A DNA stretch of 64,000 nt from Patescibacteria group bacterium (lineage in GTDB: Bacteria > Patescibacteriota > Patescibacteriia > JBDRGY01). Below are positions 8,801-18,500 of this stretch, piece by piece. The stretch is from positions 8,690-72,689 of the forward strand of contig JBDRGY010000014.1 of assembly GCA_043817315.1 (NCBI GenBank), read 5' to 3'. Every line of letters starts with the position of its first letter. Positions within the stretch are counted from its first letter, which is position 1. The position numbers and the translations under genes were made by a program. A model generated the notes under the pieces. That model searched no databases, was not told the origin of the DNA, and was given only the letters and a program-made list of their open reading frames with translations.

Positions 8801-11021
8801 TGACACCAGCTGTCCCGCCGATTTAGCTACCGGCTCGGCCACTTTTTCCAATACCCAAGGTTATGCCGGTTGGTACCCGATCAAATTGGATGAGGCCATT
8901 ACTCTAGATAGCGACATCAATTACCGGATAAATTTTACGGTTGATACAGCTAGTGATTGGGATATCGGTTATCATATTACTGACCCCAGTACTGAATCAC
9001 TGGAGGGAACTTCTTCTTACGGGGTGTTTGATGGTACTACTTATACTGACCGGGATTGGTCTTTTCGTTTGGCTAATCACGGACTCAACGCCGATGCCGA
9101 ACTGGAAAATCTTAATTCTACTTGGTATAACACGGAAAATGTTCAATCGGGTGCCTTTTTTGGCCGTTGGGCTTTTAAAATCTCGCCGACTGTTAATTCT
9201 ACTTTAAGCTCGGTCAGTTTATACGCCTATAAAGTGGGCAGTCCAACTGATAATTTGGAAGTGGCTATCCAAGCCGATTCATCAGGCAGTCCGGCCGGGA
9301 CCGACTTAGAATTAAAAACAGTGGCTGGCAGCAGCTTGACCACTAGTGCTACTTGGACGGACTGGACCGGCTTTTCTTACAGCCTAACCGCTGGAACTGA
9401 TTATTGGTTAGTGATTACCAGAACCGGTGGAGCCAGTACCGTTAATTACTACCGATTTATTTCCACCATTCATTATAATGATTTATTTCCCTTTAAAATT
9501 TTTAGCGGAGGATCCTGGTCGGGCAACAACACAGCCACTTCCATTGCCTCTAAGGTGACTACTTCCCAAGAAACTTTCAAAAACGAATTTTACAATACTT
9601 CCCAAGCTGTTAACGGTACTGATGAATGGCGTTCCCAGAGCATGGCGCCGGAAGTAGCCAAAAAAGTCAAAGGTTTTTTGGTGCCAGTCGGCGGTTACAA
9701 TTCGAATAATGATGCCACAGCCACCATGAGTTTGTATAGTGATTCCACGGGCAGCCCGGGTTCTGAATTATCCGGTACCAAATCAGAAATCAGACGTCAA
9801 TACCAAGACGATTCTTTGACCGAAACCGGTTTACTGGTTTGGGAGTTTGCTGATACTTACACTATGTCGGCTGATACCCGTTATTGGATTGTCCACAAAG
9901 CGTTAGATGGTACTGCCAGTAACGAAAGTTATTGGCTGGAGGATACTTGGAGGACAGAATCGGATAGTTGGAAAGGGACGACTGAAGGAGCCAAGCATAC
10001 TACCAGTGCAGGGAGTTCTTGGTCCGACCGGGCCTTTGATTTCGATCTTTGGGCGATTGTTGATCCTTATGGCCCCAAATCAGTGGACTGGCGTTTTTAC
10101 GGAGACGAAGCCAGCACTACCCCTAGCTCACCTTACGCGGCGGAAAATACCGCTCCTGACGGGACGATCGGAGACGGCGATGTCTTTAAATTAAGACTAA
10201 CCTTGGATGAGGAAACGGGCACCGGAATTGCTAACAGCAAAAAAAGAATCCAATATGATACGGCTTCCGATTTTTCCGGCACCCCAACTTATGTTGGAGA
10301 GTCCGGTTCGGCAACCATCTGGCGTTATTCCACTTCCTGTGGTGGGGCGGACAATGGTGCCTTAGCCGGTACGGTGATTTCCGGCACCCCAACAGCTGGC
10401 ACTTACAATGAATCTGGCACCAGCACTACTACTTATGACCATGAAGCATCTACCCTGACAGAGTTTGAATTTTGTATTGAAAATAATAGTGCTACGGCCG
10501 CTACCCCATATTATTTTCGGGCTTACGACGTAGCTACGGATGAGGCAATTGATAAAGCTAGCGGAGAAACTTTCCCCAGCCTAACGACGGCCACTTATTC
10601 ACTGCAGATTTTGGCCGAAGACAAAAATATTGGCTTTACCGATTATGGTTTACCGGGCAGTGGTACCTCTACCCATGTTTTTACTTCTGATGAGGAAATT
10701 ATCGCTTCAGACTGGACAGGATCTGGCATCGGTTGGTCAGTTACAGCTTCGGCCACTGATTTGGATAACGGAGAAGAAACAATCGACAACAGCAATATCG
10801 ATTGGACCACTGGCACTATCTGGGCTCTTTATGGAGCTGATACCACCAGTGTGACGACCGCTTGTGCTCCCTGTAATTTAAATTCTGAGCAAACTATTTT
10901 TTCCGCTGCTTCCGGTTACGGGAAAGGCAGTTATTATATCCAACCGACTGTTGTTCTTACCCTCAGTGAAAGTGAATTTATCGGAAACTATGTTTCTGAA
11001 GTAACTTTAACGATTTCTTAG
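5883..11021 (+). CDS. Giant secreted multidomain surface protein with a C-terminal WxL-like domain
   Basis: 1712-aa ORF with signal peptide and acidic, Ser/Thr-rich beta domains with internal repeats. The C-terminus (SDWTGSGIGWSVTASATDL...GKGSY...GNYVSEVTLTIS) resembles WxL. Confidence 0.7.
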   Translation: MRDKVFKTINLVCLIGLVLSTIPSAAIDSWLGSFGLVKNEVQAGIIEPLIETDWHPFTDNAVRKKNEDGTWTANFFENKRYIDYQGRWQLKKDLLTVKVGDNAEIIFNWGDREFQLVPYTYFHGEKYRYENLNSLVKEQIDLQAEIKDIEGGKKWSHTLNKAKYLDKVGFVFEPAGLIVKKNDTLLALDDFLYLSFNDLLQSGYDIELTDQELVVANLKEGLNILDPNFNSTAAADGQLTRSFPSGTNDAAYPSADPTNIGDDLEFLPFGETSQYFRGYFSFDTSSIPDGDLSSISGASLYTYVEAFVRSSRYTPPLGWAYDYMCDTDDIGASLDTGDWDLSSPVNCVAANNWGGPGNEGWKSPSIGGGNVNKTGDTDIEIKQYYGTTAGKRAYAQVTMTEDGGANIPYLTVTYTEYDPVQKNWRWYDDEWDSRAERIYIVDDYDAQAYASCDTDGTFAGSESEFTSGDYGNIDEDDANLVLDGNSVENEYTYHRFVFTIDGSISDIYQVDVTWKGYAEDDDINYGHSLWIEENSTWTERDSGTSSSKETLSYSYTSGFGDIISGGTMEVAAQADVTSGGFNTLRSYYAEVKVYYNTLNEDLGAENAEAYKNPIFWDQTLKLRVTLENEGAIAGDNIRKALQYSTDESSWTDVSENDAGTPNLWRYGDPIKCGGTDDAVLPALLLTDSDTLATHNESGDDASTYDHAVADLAEYEFCLENYAATPDTLYYFRVYDNGLGEEVPLDTSETHPQLTTSEVPVRSGPDGVFTHYTINQIYDNDQLAMKFLAPDDLADWKIAFWGSEFGTVTDSLKVDVCQATEDDVFDANCLVLDTASIDPSAIKDWQADMAYTYDIVEGNYYWLHFYEDGTAGDSTNNFRVRSVSSRIKKEIAQFTTDGWTGTTEMGSTTIRIKDGSATDKRIYPMYVGSDQELYTADTYQIYSPRADLTVNYVYLKLAGRDNTGGDISLSICNHDTSCPADLATGSATFSNTQGYAGWYPIKLDEAITLDSDINYRINFTVDTASDWDIGYHITDPSTESLEGTSSYGVFDGTTYTDRDWSFRLANHGLNADAELENLNSTWYNTENVQSGAFFGRWAFKISPTVNSTLSSVSLYAYKVGSPTDNLEVAIQADSSGSPAGTDLELKTVAGSSLTTSATWTDWTGFSYSLTAGTDYWLVITRTGGASTVNYYRFISTIHYNDLFPFKIFSGGSWSGNNTATSIASKVTTSQETFKNEFYNTSQAVNGTDEWRSQSMAPEVAKKVKGFLVPVGGYNSNNDATATMSLYSDSTGSPGSELSGTKSEIRRQYQDDSLTETGLLVWEFADTYTMSADTRYWIVHKALDGTASNESYWLEDTWRTESDSWKGTTEGAKHTTSAGSSWSDRAFDFDLWAIVDPYGPKSVDWRFYGDEASTTPSSPYAAENTAPDGTIGDGDVFKLRLTLDEETGTGIANSKKRIQYDTASDFSGTPTYVGESGSATIWRYSTSCGGADNGALAGTVISGTPTAGTYNESGTSTTTYDHEASTLTEFEFCIENNSATAATPYYFRAYDVATDEAIDKASGETFPSLTTATYSLQILAEDKNIGFTDYGLPGSGTSTHVFTSDEEIIASDWTGSGIGWSVTASATDLDNGEETIDNSNIDWTTGTIWALYGADTTSVTTACAPCNLNSEQTIFSAASGYGKGSYYIQPTVVLTLSESEFIGNYVSEVTLTIS

Positions 11022-11048
11022 TTGTCAGGGAGGAATAGCTAAACGAAA

Positions 11049-11084
11049 GGACCATTGCTTTACCTGTTTTTTTGTGCTAGAATA
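11049..11084 (+). promoter_or_regulatory. Sigma70-type promoter (TTGCTT-17-TAGAAT, extended -10); copy 1 of a 36-bp direct repeat
   Basis: ggaccattgctttacctgtttttttgtgctagaata; 32/36 identical to 12220-12255. Confidence 0.65.
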
Positions 11085-11129
11085 ATATAACAAGTTGAAT
11101 AAATATTGACTGAATATAAGGATAAGACT

Positions 11130-12047
11130 ATGAAAAGAAAGACAGTTGGGAAAATAATCGTCCTGATGTTGATTATTCTTTTCGGCCTTGTAGGTGTTGC
11201 TCAGGCTTATGATCTCAATGCTTTTGATTTTGTGGTCTATGGTGATTCCCATGCTGGTTATGAACCAGCTGTGCCTATTCATGAGGCAATCCTGGCCGAA
11301 ATCGAGACCATTGAACCAGATCTGATTTTACACACCGGTGATTATACTCATGGCGATGATCCGACAACTTGCGCCATATTCGAAGAAGTTACCCAACGGG
11401 TTAGAAGTAATTACCCATATTATTTGACTACTGGAAACCATGATGAAGATAAAGTGTGCGCTGTAGACTCCTATCATTTCAACTTCAAAGATGCCTTATT
11501 TGTTTCTCTGAAAGTCCCGAAATTTACTGACAAACTCTCCGTTGAAAGGTTTAATTGGCTAAAGAGTCTGATAAAAAATTCGGCCAAACGCTTTAAATTC
11601 GTATTTTTTCACAATCCGCCTTATTCCACAGGAATTAGAGGATGCAATACCACCATTCGAGAACAAATCAGTGATCTTCTGGATAACTACCGGGTAGATG
11701 TAGTTTTCAACGGTCATGCTCATGGTTATGAGCGGTTCACTGTCGGTAATGTTAAATACGTAGTAACCGGAGGAGGTGGAGGAGTGCCCCACGATCTGGG
11801 TACTATTAATTGTACAAACCCGATTAATTCGCTACAGTATTCGGAAGAAACTTATAACTACGTTAAAGTTCAGGTTAAAACTAACAGTTTGACACTAGAG
11901 GCCTATAACACTGATGGGGAAATGATCGATACCATGTCGATAGTCAAGCCGCCAGTTAAGAAAAAAATATTAGCTTCAGCCATTGAAAAACCTCTAACCA
12001 TCTTTAAAAGAGGTTTGACCAAGATCAAGGATATAATGGGATTCTAG
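11130..12047 (+). CDS. Secreted metallophosphoesterase (calcineurin-like / purple acid phosphatase family)
   Basis: GDSH, HTGDY, GNHD and GHAHGYER motifs; signal peptide from ATG 11130. Confidence 0.88.
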   Translation: MKRKTVGKIIVLMLIILFGLVGVAQAYDLNAFDFVVYGDSHAGYEPAVPIHEAILAEIETIEPDLILHTGDYTHGDDPTTCAIFEEVTQRVRSNYPYYLTTGNHDEDKVCAVDSYHFNFKDALFVSLKVPKFTDKLSVERFNWLKSLIKNSAKRFKFVFFHNPPYSTGIRGCNTTIREQISDLLDNYRVDVVFNGHAHGYERFTVGNVKYVVTGGGGGVPHDLGTINCTNPINSLQYSEETYNYVKVQVKTNSLTLEAYNTDGEMIDTMSIVKPPVKKKILASAIEKPLTIFKRGLTKIKDIMGF

Positions 12048-12219
12048 CCGACGGAGCTTTATCGGGAGGTCGTTTTTATTATAATACAACCCTTGGTTTA
12101 TTCCGGAAGAGTATTTACTTTTTTAGACGGTCTGTTTTAATGGCCCTGAATAGAGTTATAATAAATCTACTGTAGCCATTACGATATTATGATATTATGA
12201 TAAAGAGAAATTTCTCGGG

Positions 12220-12255
12220 GGACCGTTGCTTTCCCTGTTTTTTTATGCTATAATA
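12220..12255 (+). promoter_or_regulatory. tRNA-Val promoter (TTGCTT-17-TATAAT, extended -10); copy 2 of the 36-bp repeat
   Basis: ggaccgttgctttccctgtttttttatgctataata, about 50 nt upstream of the tRNA. Confidence 0.7.
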
Positions 12256-12302
12256 CTATTACTTTTAGCTAATTTAAGGGAAAAAACAGGGAGTTCCAGC
12301 TC

Positions 12303-12379
12303 GGGCGGCTAGCTCAGCTGGTCAGAGCGTACGGTTCACATCCGTAAGGTCACAAGTTCGAGTCTTGTGCCGCCCACCA
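12303..12379 (+). tRNA. tRNA-Val(CAC)
   Basis: Acceptor GGGCGGC/GCCGCCC, anticodon arm TACGG-TTCACAT-CCGTA, GTTCGAGTC T-loop and encoded CCA. Confidence 0.95.
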
Positions 12380-12398
12380 TAAATAATATAATAATAAA

Positions 12399-13046
12399 AT
12401 GCTAGGACAGCTAGGCAAACCAAAGAGTTTAGAAAAACAGAAGATAGAGGAAGAGATGTCCAAAGAGGAAATCACTCCTCCTTTTTGGAAATCAGTCAGT
12501 AGTTTCGTTGTCGAAGTATTGAAGATAGTGATTATCTCTCTGGTGATTATTATTCCAATTCGTTATTTCCTGATCAAGCCTTTTTATGTAAAAGGTGCTT
12601 CTATGGAACCCACCTTTTACGATCACGAGTATCTGGTAATTGACGAAATATCCTATCGTTTTAAAGACCCGGCCAGAGGTGATATTGTAGTTTTCCGTTA
12701 TTCAGAAGACACTTCCCAGTTTTTTATCAAAAGATTGATTGGATTGCCTGGAGAGACTGTAGAAATTTCCCAGGGAGAGGTGGTTATTTACAATGGACAT
12801 GACAGTCAAGGCACCACCCTGGATGAGACCGCTTATCTGGATACCAATGTAACTACTTCCGGGGACGTCTTGGTCAATTTGGCCAGCCAAGAATACTTTG
12901 TATTAGGCGATAACAGGCCCTACAGTTTAGACTCCAGGCGCATTGGCAACATCACCCGGGAAGATATCATTGGTAAGACCTGGATAAGAGCCTGGCCTTT
13001 TTACAAATTTAAACATTTTAATAATCCTGAATATAACTTTGAATAA
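12399..13046 (+). CDS. lepB: Signal peptidase I
   Basis: GASMEPT (catalytic Ser), FIKRLIGLPG (Lys) and GDNR..SLDSR. The start may be ATG 12456. Confidence 0.95.
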   Translation: MLGQLGKPKSLEKQKIEEEMSKEEITPPFWKSVSSFVVEVLKIVIISLVIIIPIRYFLIKPFYVKGASMEPTFYDHEYLVIDEISYRFKDPARGDIVVFRYSEDTSQFFIKRLIGLPGETVEISQGEVVIYNGHDSQGTTLDETAYLDTNVTTSGDVLVNLASQEYFVLGDNRPYSLDSRRIGNITREDIIGKTWIRAWPFYKFKHFNNPEYNFE

Positions 13047-13052
13047 GACAGT

Positions 13053-14417
13053 ATGCCACGTAAACCTACAAAAAAAGAAAAGACAGCTCTAGCTAATCTG
13101 GAGACCGAGCCCAAAAACAAAGCACATCAAGCTCATCTCCTAAAAGGGATGAAAGATATCTTGCCGGCCGATCAGAAATATTGGGACTTTATTTTTGATA
13201 AAGTCAGGTCTATGGCCACTGATTATGGATACTCCAGGATTGAGACGCCGATAATGGAAGAAACCGGCTTGTTCGTCCGTGCGGTAGGAAAAGAAACAGA
13301 TATTGTGGAGAAAGAAGTATATTCCTTTGCCGACAAGGGCGAAGAAAACGTAACCCTTAGGCCGGAAAATACAGCGGCAGTTGCCAGGGCCTATATCGAA
13401 CACGGCTTTCTGGCTCAACCCCAACCGGTTAAGCTTTTTTATTTTGGACCCTTTTTCCGCTACAGTCGCCCTCAGTCCGGCCGCTACAGACAGTTTTGGC
13501 AGTTTGGTTTTGAGGTGATTGGCGAAGATCATCCTATTGTCGATGCCCAATTAATATTCCTGGCCTATAAGATTTTAGAAGAGATTGGGTTGAAAGTGTC
13601 TGTTCAGGTAAACAGTATCGGCTGCCCCAGTTGCCGGGAAAACTTTCAGCAGGTATTGATCGAGTATTTCCGCTCCAAACGTAAATCCCTTTGCGAGGAC
13701 TGCAAAAGGAGATTATCGAAAAATCCTTTACGCCTTTTGGATTGCAAGGAACCAGCCTGCCAAGAGGTCGCCCAAGACAGTCCCCAGATTGTCGATTACC
13801 TTTGCGAGGAATGTCGTGAGCATTTTGTTAAAGTCTTGGAATATTTGGACAGCCTAGATATTTCTTATACCCTAAACCCCCATTTAGTGCGAGGATTGGA
13901 TTACTACACTCGTACCGCTTTTGAGATTTGGCCAGAGGGCGAAGACCTAACAGCCCAATCCGCTTTGGGTGGTGGGGGGCGCTATGACAATTTAATTGAA
14001 CAGGTAGGAGGAAGACCAACGTCTGCCTCCGGGTTTGCCTGCGGCATCGAAAGAATAATCATCCGCCTTAAAGACAAGAACATCCCAGTGCCCGGCAAAC
14101 CAGCCCCGGATATTTTTCTGGCCCAACTGGGAGTCTCGGCCCGCAAAGAATGCCTCAAGCTGTATGAGAGAATGCGCAGCGAAAAAATAAAAGTGGCAGA
14201 AGACTTTTCTCAAGACAGTATCAAGGACCAGCTGGCCAGAGCTTCCAAGTTGAAGGCTAAACTATCTTTGATCCTGGGCCAGAAAGAGATTTTAGATGGC
14301 ACCATTCTGGTTCGAGACATGGAAAACGGAATTCAAGAGGTAGTTGACTATTCCAAAATAATTCCCGAAATCCAAAAAAGATTGGACAAAATCAACAATA
14401 CAGCCAACAATAATTAG
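13053..14417 (+). CDS. hisS: Histidine--tRNA ligase
   Basis: LRPENTA, RPQSGRYRQFWQFGFE, LVRGLDYY and GGGRYD motifs. Confidence 0.97.
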   Translation: MPRKPTKKEKTALANLETEPKNKAHQAHLLKGMKDILPADQKYWDFIFDKVRSMATDYGYSRIETPIMEETGLFVRAVGKETDIVEKEVYSFADKGEENVTLRPENTAAVARAYIEHGFLAQPQPVKLFYFGPFFRYSRPQSGRYRQFWQFGFEVIGEDHPIVDAQLIFLAYKILEEIGLKVSVQVNSIGCPSCRENFQQVLIEYFRSKRKSLCEDCKRRLSKNPLRLLDCKEPACQEVAQDSPQIVDYLCEECREHFVKVLEYLDSLDISYTLNPHLVRGLDYYTRTAFEIWPEGEDLTAQSALGGGGRYDNLIEQVGGRPTSASGFACGIERIIIRLKDKNIPVPGKPAPDIFLAQLGVSARKECLKLYERMRSEKIKVAEDFSQDSIKDQLARASKLKAKLSLILGQKEILDGTILVRDMENGIQEVVDYSKIIPEIQKRLDKINNTANNN

Positions 14418-14427
14418 CCAGATCAAA

Positions 14428-14766
14428 ATGGCCGATTGTATTTTTTGTCAAATAGTTACCCAAAAGATTCCTGCCCAAATAGTTTACCAGGACGAAAACT
14501 ATTTGGCCTTTTCAGATATTAAACCAGCAGCACCTGTTCATCTGCTAATAATTCCTAAAAAACATTTAGAACTGAAAGATTTTGAAGAAGGACAACCCGA
14601 TTTGCCGGTTGCCGTAGTTAAAATAGCCAAACAGTTAGCCAAGGACCACAACATTGATCAGAGCGGCTACCGTTTGGTAATCAATAACGGTAAAGATGCC
14701 GGGCAAGAAGTAGCCCATCTTCATTGGCATCTCTTGGGCGGCCAGCGCCTAGGGCCGATCACCTAA
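14428..14766 (+). CDS. Histidine triad (HIT/HinT) nucleotide-binding protein
   Basis: CIFCQI N-terminus and GQEVAHLHWHLLGG triad. Confidence 0.93.
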   Translation: MADCIFCQIVTQKIPAQIVYQDENYLAFSDIKPAAPVHLLIIPKKHLELKDFEEGQPDLPVAVVKIAKQLAKDHNIDQSGYRLVINNGKDAGQEVAHLHWHLLGGQRLGPIT

Positions 14767-14772
14767 CCGACG

Positions 14773-14801
14773 TTGACGAATTTGGAGGAAATTAGTATAC
14801 T
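14773..14801 (+). promoter_or_regulatory. Promoter upstream of rpsU
   Basis: TTGACG-17-TATACT. Confidence 0.6.
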
Positions 14802-14850
14802 ATAAGAGATAATTCATAAATAAATCTGTAAGTTAGGGGGTGAATATAAC

Positions 14851-15099
14851 TTGGTCGAAGTTAAGAGGAAAGACGGGGAGACCCCGGAGAGCTTGCTGCG
14901 TCGTTTTAGCAAAAAAGTGCAGCAAAGCGGTGTTTTGATACGCGCCAAGAAGAATCGTTTCTACGAACGTCCCAAAAATAGAAGAGCCATTAAGGAAGAC
15001 GCTATCCGCCGCAAGGCTATCCGTGATAAAAAAGACTATTTACGTAAGATTGGCAAGCTAGAGGAGTTTGAAAAAAGCCTGCGCAAGAGGAGAAGCTAA
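14851..15099 (+). CDS. rpsU: 30S ribosomal protein S21 (TTG start)
   Basis: VEVKRKDGETPESLLRRFSKKVQQSG; SD-like AGGGGGTG upstream. Confidence 0.9.
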   Translation: MVEVKRKDGETPESLLRRFSKKVQQSGVLIRAKKNRFYERPKNRRAIKEDAIRRKAIRDKKDYLRKIGKLEEFEKSLRKRRS

Positions 15100-15103
15100 A
15101 AAC

Positions 15104-15556
15104 ATGAAAACATCAGAACAAATCGAACAAGATTTGAAAAAAGCTCAAAAAGCCAAAGATGAAGTCAGCCTGACAACCTTGCGTATGCTGAAATCGGCCC
15201 TCCACAACCAGGAGATTAGCCTCAAGCAGAAGGAATTAAAAGACGGAGAGGTGCTTAAGGTAGTGGCTACCGAAGTGAAGAAGCACAAAGACTCTATTGA
15301 GGCCTATCGCCAGGGGGAGCGAGGTGATCTGGCCAAAAAGGAAGAAGTAGAATTAGCCATTTTGGAAAAGTACCTTCCAGAGCAACTGGGTGATGAGGAG
15401 ATCAGGCGGGTGGTGGCTGAAATTTTGGATAAGAATCCAGAACTAAAAGATCCCAAAGCTTTCGGCAAGGTCATGAGTCAAGTGATGGCTCAATTAAAGG
15501 GTCAGGCCGATGGCCAAATAGTTAATCAAATCGTTAAAGAGCTTATCAATTCTTAG
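15104..15556 (+). CDS. yqeY: GatB/YqeY domain protein
   Basis: TLRMLKSALHN, E..ILEKYLPEQL and GKVMS..KGQADG; ATG at 15104; usual position after rpsU. Confidence 0.92.
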   Translation: MKTSEQIEQDLKKAQKAKDEVSLTTLRMLKSALHNQEISLKQKELKDGEVLKVVATEVKKHKDSIEAYRQGERGDLAKKEEVELAILEKYLPEQLGDEEIRRVVAEILDKNPELKDPKAFGKVMSQVMAQLKGQADGQIVNQIVKELINS

Positions 15557-15557
15557 T

Positions 15558-18500
15558 ATGACAGGGAGGAATAAAATATTTCAGGGAATTTTGGCTGGGT
15601 TGTTTTTGTCTTCCTTGATTTTAGCTGGCAGCTACTTTGTTTTGCCGGAAACTTCTTTAGCCGGTTCCATAGATATGACAGTCGGGGGCAGTTTAGGATA
15701 CGGCCCCTCTGATTTATTACAGACAGTAGTTTTGATCGTGCGCTGGGCCTTGGGCTTATTGGCTTTAGTGGCGGTCATTTTTATTATATATGGTGGTTAT
15801 CTCTGGCTGTCTTCCCGAGGCAACGAAGAGCAGGTGATGAAGGCCAAGCGGGTGTTACGGGATGCCGTAATCGGTATAGTTATTGTGTTACTAGCCTGGG
15901 CCATTGTTACTTATATTATCGGGGTAGTGGGTAACGCTACCAACGGTGAGGGCGGTTCCTCGGGCTGTGGTCTGCCTGATCAGTGTGTTCATTGTGATAC
16001 TTGGTGTAATGCAGACGGATCCACTTCCTATGATCCAGATAATTGCCATTACTTATGTAATTTACCGTCCAGCGGTTTTAAGGTGCGCTGGACTCAACCC
16101 CGGAATGATGATGAAAACGTAACCATTTGTACTGTGATCCAGGCAGGATTCAACGAGACGGTCAATTCCTCTGCTGCCAGCGTAAACACCGGCACTTTTA
16201 GTATCTACCCCACGGGGTCACCGGCAGATATTATTGATGGCACCTTTACCATAGTAGACAAGGTAATAGATTTCATGCCCACTGACTTTTTGGCCATTAA
16301 TACAGCCTACACTTTTAAAATAGAAGGAGTTCTAAATTTGGACGGTGAAGAGGTGGATCCCAAGACAGTTTATTTTACAACAGGCGAGGAAGTAGATGAG
16401 ATACCTCCCATAGTAAATTTGACTGACCCTATTCACGACCAAGGCGAAGTTTGTACCAATACCAATATAGCAGCTGTCTTTAACGAGCCGATTAGAGTGA
16501 TCACTGTTCATGATGGAGCCGAGGATCCAGAGCCCAGTGTCCGCTTCTTCAAGAATTATGACACCGCAGCAGAACTGGAATTGCCCTATCGCGACAACAT
16601 TCATTTTCCGGATGCCTCCAGCTTTATTGCCAAGCCGTTGGATTTACCCCTAGACTCATTTACCGATTACAGTGCCTATCTGGTAGGCGGCGAAATAAGC
16701 AATGCCATTACGGATGTTTGCGGCAATCAGCTGGATGGAGGTGGCGGTCCTCATTTTGGCGGGGTTCCCAACGGAACAGTGGATCCTCCTGATACGGATC
16801 GCTATGTCTGGGATTTTGAAACCGGTGATAATCCGGAGTGTACGCCGGAGATTACGGGAATTAGTCCCACTGAAGGATATTATACGGAAACTAACGTTAC
16901 TATTGACGGTTATTATTTAGGCATCACTGGCGATGTAGTCTTTAAAAACCGGGTTTATGATAAACAAAACTGTTTTGATGGAGAACACTATCCAACTGAA
17001 GATTGTGTCACTCAGTGGTTTTCCACTCAAATTAAGATAGATACTCCGGTTGGCTCCGAAGACAACGGCAATATTAAAGTAGATAATGGTTTTGAAACAG
17101 CTACTTCAGAACAAACCTACCAAGTGCTCAGTCCCTTTATTAATTGGATCAGCCCAAAACGAGGAGGAGTGGGACAATACGTCACTATCAAGGGGGAGAA
17201 TTTCGGGGATATCAAGGGTAATGTCTGGTTTAGAAGGCCCTCTGACAGAGCCGAAGTGTTGGGTATTTTCCCACCAGAAGCCCAATGCGGTGTTACCTGG
17301 TGGAACGATAAGATAATTATTACTGTACCCCCCGGTTTCAATGTGGATGATGATTTGGTTATTCAGGTGGAAACAGCTCCCGTTGATCCTAAATGGAGCA
17401 ATCAAAAAGATTTTAAATTTACTGATGATCCTCCGGGACCCGGTTTATGTTTAGTGGAACCAGACTGCGGCTCGGCCGGTGAAGAAGTAAGTCTCTATGG
17501 AGAGAAATTCGGTGATTATGAAGATGGAGTAACCGTAGTTAATTACGATGAATATCAAGCAGCAGGCTATCCGGGTGCCGGCTGGAGCGATCAACACATC
17601 AGAGCTCAATCACAAGCTAGTTTAGCCAACGATGGCTATACCTTGCGAGTCTTTAACGCCGCCGGAAACAGCAATCCCATGCCTTATGATATTCCTTGTG
17701 GCGGCGCTCCCTATATAATCAATGACACTTCTTGCGATCCGGATTTAGATCTCTGGCCCTCACCTAATCCCAGGCCCAATTCTACCGATGTCTGCAAAAA
17801 CGCCGTAGTCAACGCCCGTTTTGGTCCCGAGAATCAATGTATCGGCGGAGCTGATGAGGGTGAAACTTGTACTGTCGATGCTGATTGTGACAGCAACCAA
17901 TGCGGTATGGAGATGAATGGAGGTACTCTTGCCGGCAACGTCATTCTAGAAGTGTGTAATGCGGGTGGCAGCTTTGATGCCACTGCCTGTGCTGATTTAG
18001 GCGGCACTCTTACTTTTTACGCCCCCAATCAATTTACCCTAGACCCAGCCGCCGCTTTTGTGGCGGACACTTGGTATCAAGCAACAGTCAATAAAGAAGT
18101 AGAATCCTCAACAGGAGCCAAGATGAACAGTGACTACAGCTGGCACTTCAAGATAAAAGAAGACGGTAGTGACTGCCCGGTAGCCTTTGTCAATTTATAT
18201 GATGACGGCCCTGATCCGGTTGGAGAAATAAATTATATTATTGCAGCCGAAGGAGATAACTTCGAGGATTATCATGCCGCTCCTTTTGCCGAAGATTGTA
18301 CTCCGCTGGCAGCTGGTGGCTACACCTATTTATGGTCTTCTTTCAACACTGGTGTGGCCCAGGTGGCGGCTACCACTGTTCCGGCCAACAAAGCTACGGC
18401 CGTGGCCAACGGCTATACCTATGTCAAAGTAGAAACCGAAGGTAAATCAGACCGGGAAAGGTTAACTGTCAATTACTGCGATGCCTCTACAGATTGTACG

